Assembly: GCA_002329465.1 (NCBI GenBank)
Contig: DCTW01000004.1
Location: 66,933 to 130,932 of the forward strand
Source: Candidatus Woesebacteria bacterium UBA1430
GTDB taxonomy: Bacteria; Patescibacteriota; Microgenomatia; UBA8517
Direction of reading: 5' to 3'
Length of the DNA stretch: 64,000 bases
In this document: piece by piece, positions 63,797-64,000 of the stretch
How the letters are laid out: each line of letters begins with the position of its first letter
Position numbering within the stretch: the stretch's first letter is position 1
Made by a program: the position numbers and the translations under genes
The notes under the pieces: generated by a model
What the model saw: the letters and a program-made list of their open reading frames with translations, nothing else
What the model was told of the DNA's origin: nothing
The model's database searches: none

Positions 63797-64000
63797 ATGA
63801 AAAAAATATATATTGGTTTAGCTGCCGTTTTAATTTTAATAGGAGCAATGCTTTTAAATACAAATGTATCTAGCGCCAAAAAACCAGAGGCTTGCACCAC
63901 AATTCAAGACGGTGTACTTACATACTCGGCTACTCATTACCTAAACCCAAACCCGCTTAAAATAGGTTACGATGAATACGGATATAACTACCAAGCACAC
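63797..64000 (+). CDS. Secreted protein, N-terminal fragment (runs off the window end)
   Basis: AAGGAGGTG SD at 63781..63789; ATG 63797. My reading gives MKKIYIGLAAVLILIGAMLLNTNVSSAKKPEACTTIQDG..., a signal peptide. Open to the last base. Confidence 0.55.
   Translation, partial: MKKIYIGLAAVLILIGAMLLNTNVSSAKKPEACTTIQDGVLTYSATHYLNPNPLKIGYDEYGYNYQAH

Noticed and set aside
1-64000. CRISPR arrays, IS elements, prophage genes, rRNA, and alternative genetic codes (UGA recoding)
   Set aside because: I noticed no spaced direct repeats, transposase/integrase-like ORFs or rRNA-like sequence. Full-length homologues end at TGA in several places (sortase, murJ, receiver domain), so the standard code fits.

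Overview
AT-rich, very gene-dense bacterial chromosomal segment using the standard genetic code (TGA acts as a stop in several ATGA start/stop overlaps). Most gaps are under 110 nt, and there are many 1-, 4- and 8-nt gene overlaps plus some convergent 3' overlaps. I found no rRNA, CRISPR array, transposase, integrase or phage gene. The only RNA gene I can support is tRNA-Cys(GCA). Shortened core proteins (AlaRS, IF-2, a Lon ATPase without a protease domain) combined with a monoderm-type envelope toolkit (sortase, LCP, FemAB, MurJ, MltG, RodZ-like, PilN/PilO) suggest a Patescibacteria/CPR (Microgenomates-like) genome; this is inference only. Contents in order: (1) a tightly coupled minus-strand chain alaS-orf728-sortase-ruvX-Zn ribbon-mltG; (2) rodZ-like, ftsK, rnj, Lon-AAA-only, pnp, rpsO, a degenerate DHH-like gene, infB, nusA; (3) hrcA-grpE-dnaK-orf124 and dnaJ, with three CIRCE operators in the window, the third in front of hsp20; (4) murJ / rpsT / pilN-pilO plus two envelope proteins; (5) an envelope-glycosylation region with five GT-C modules, a lone receiver domain, LCP, a processive GT2, a WecA-like gene and a UbiA-type prenyltransferase, interrupted by three UvrD-family helicases, rmuC, metG and a GC-rich FemAB pair; (6) hsp20, tRNA-Cys, galU, dprA-yraN-comM, a MacAB-like ABC exporter, surface proteins and an EndoQ-like/UvrD-like pair. 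My best candidates for something undescribed are: a non-LPXTG C-terminal sorting-signal-like module shared by two Thr/Pro-rich surface proteins, in a window that also has a sortase and PMT-like glycosyltransferases; the receiver-domain-coupled GT-C cluster; and a repeated promoter geometry implying leaderless mRNAs. All family calls come from motifs I read in the translations. No database search was possible.
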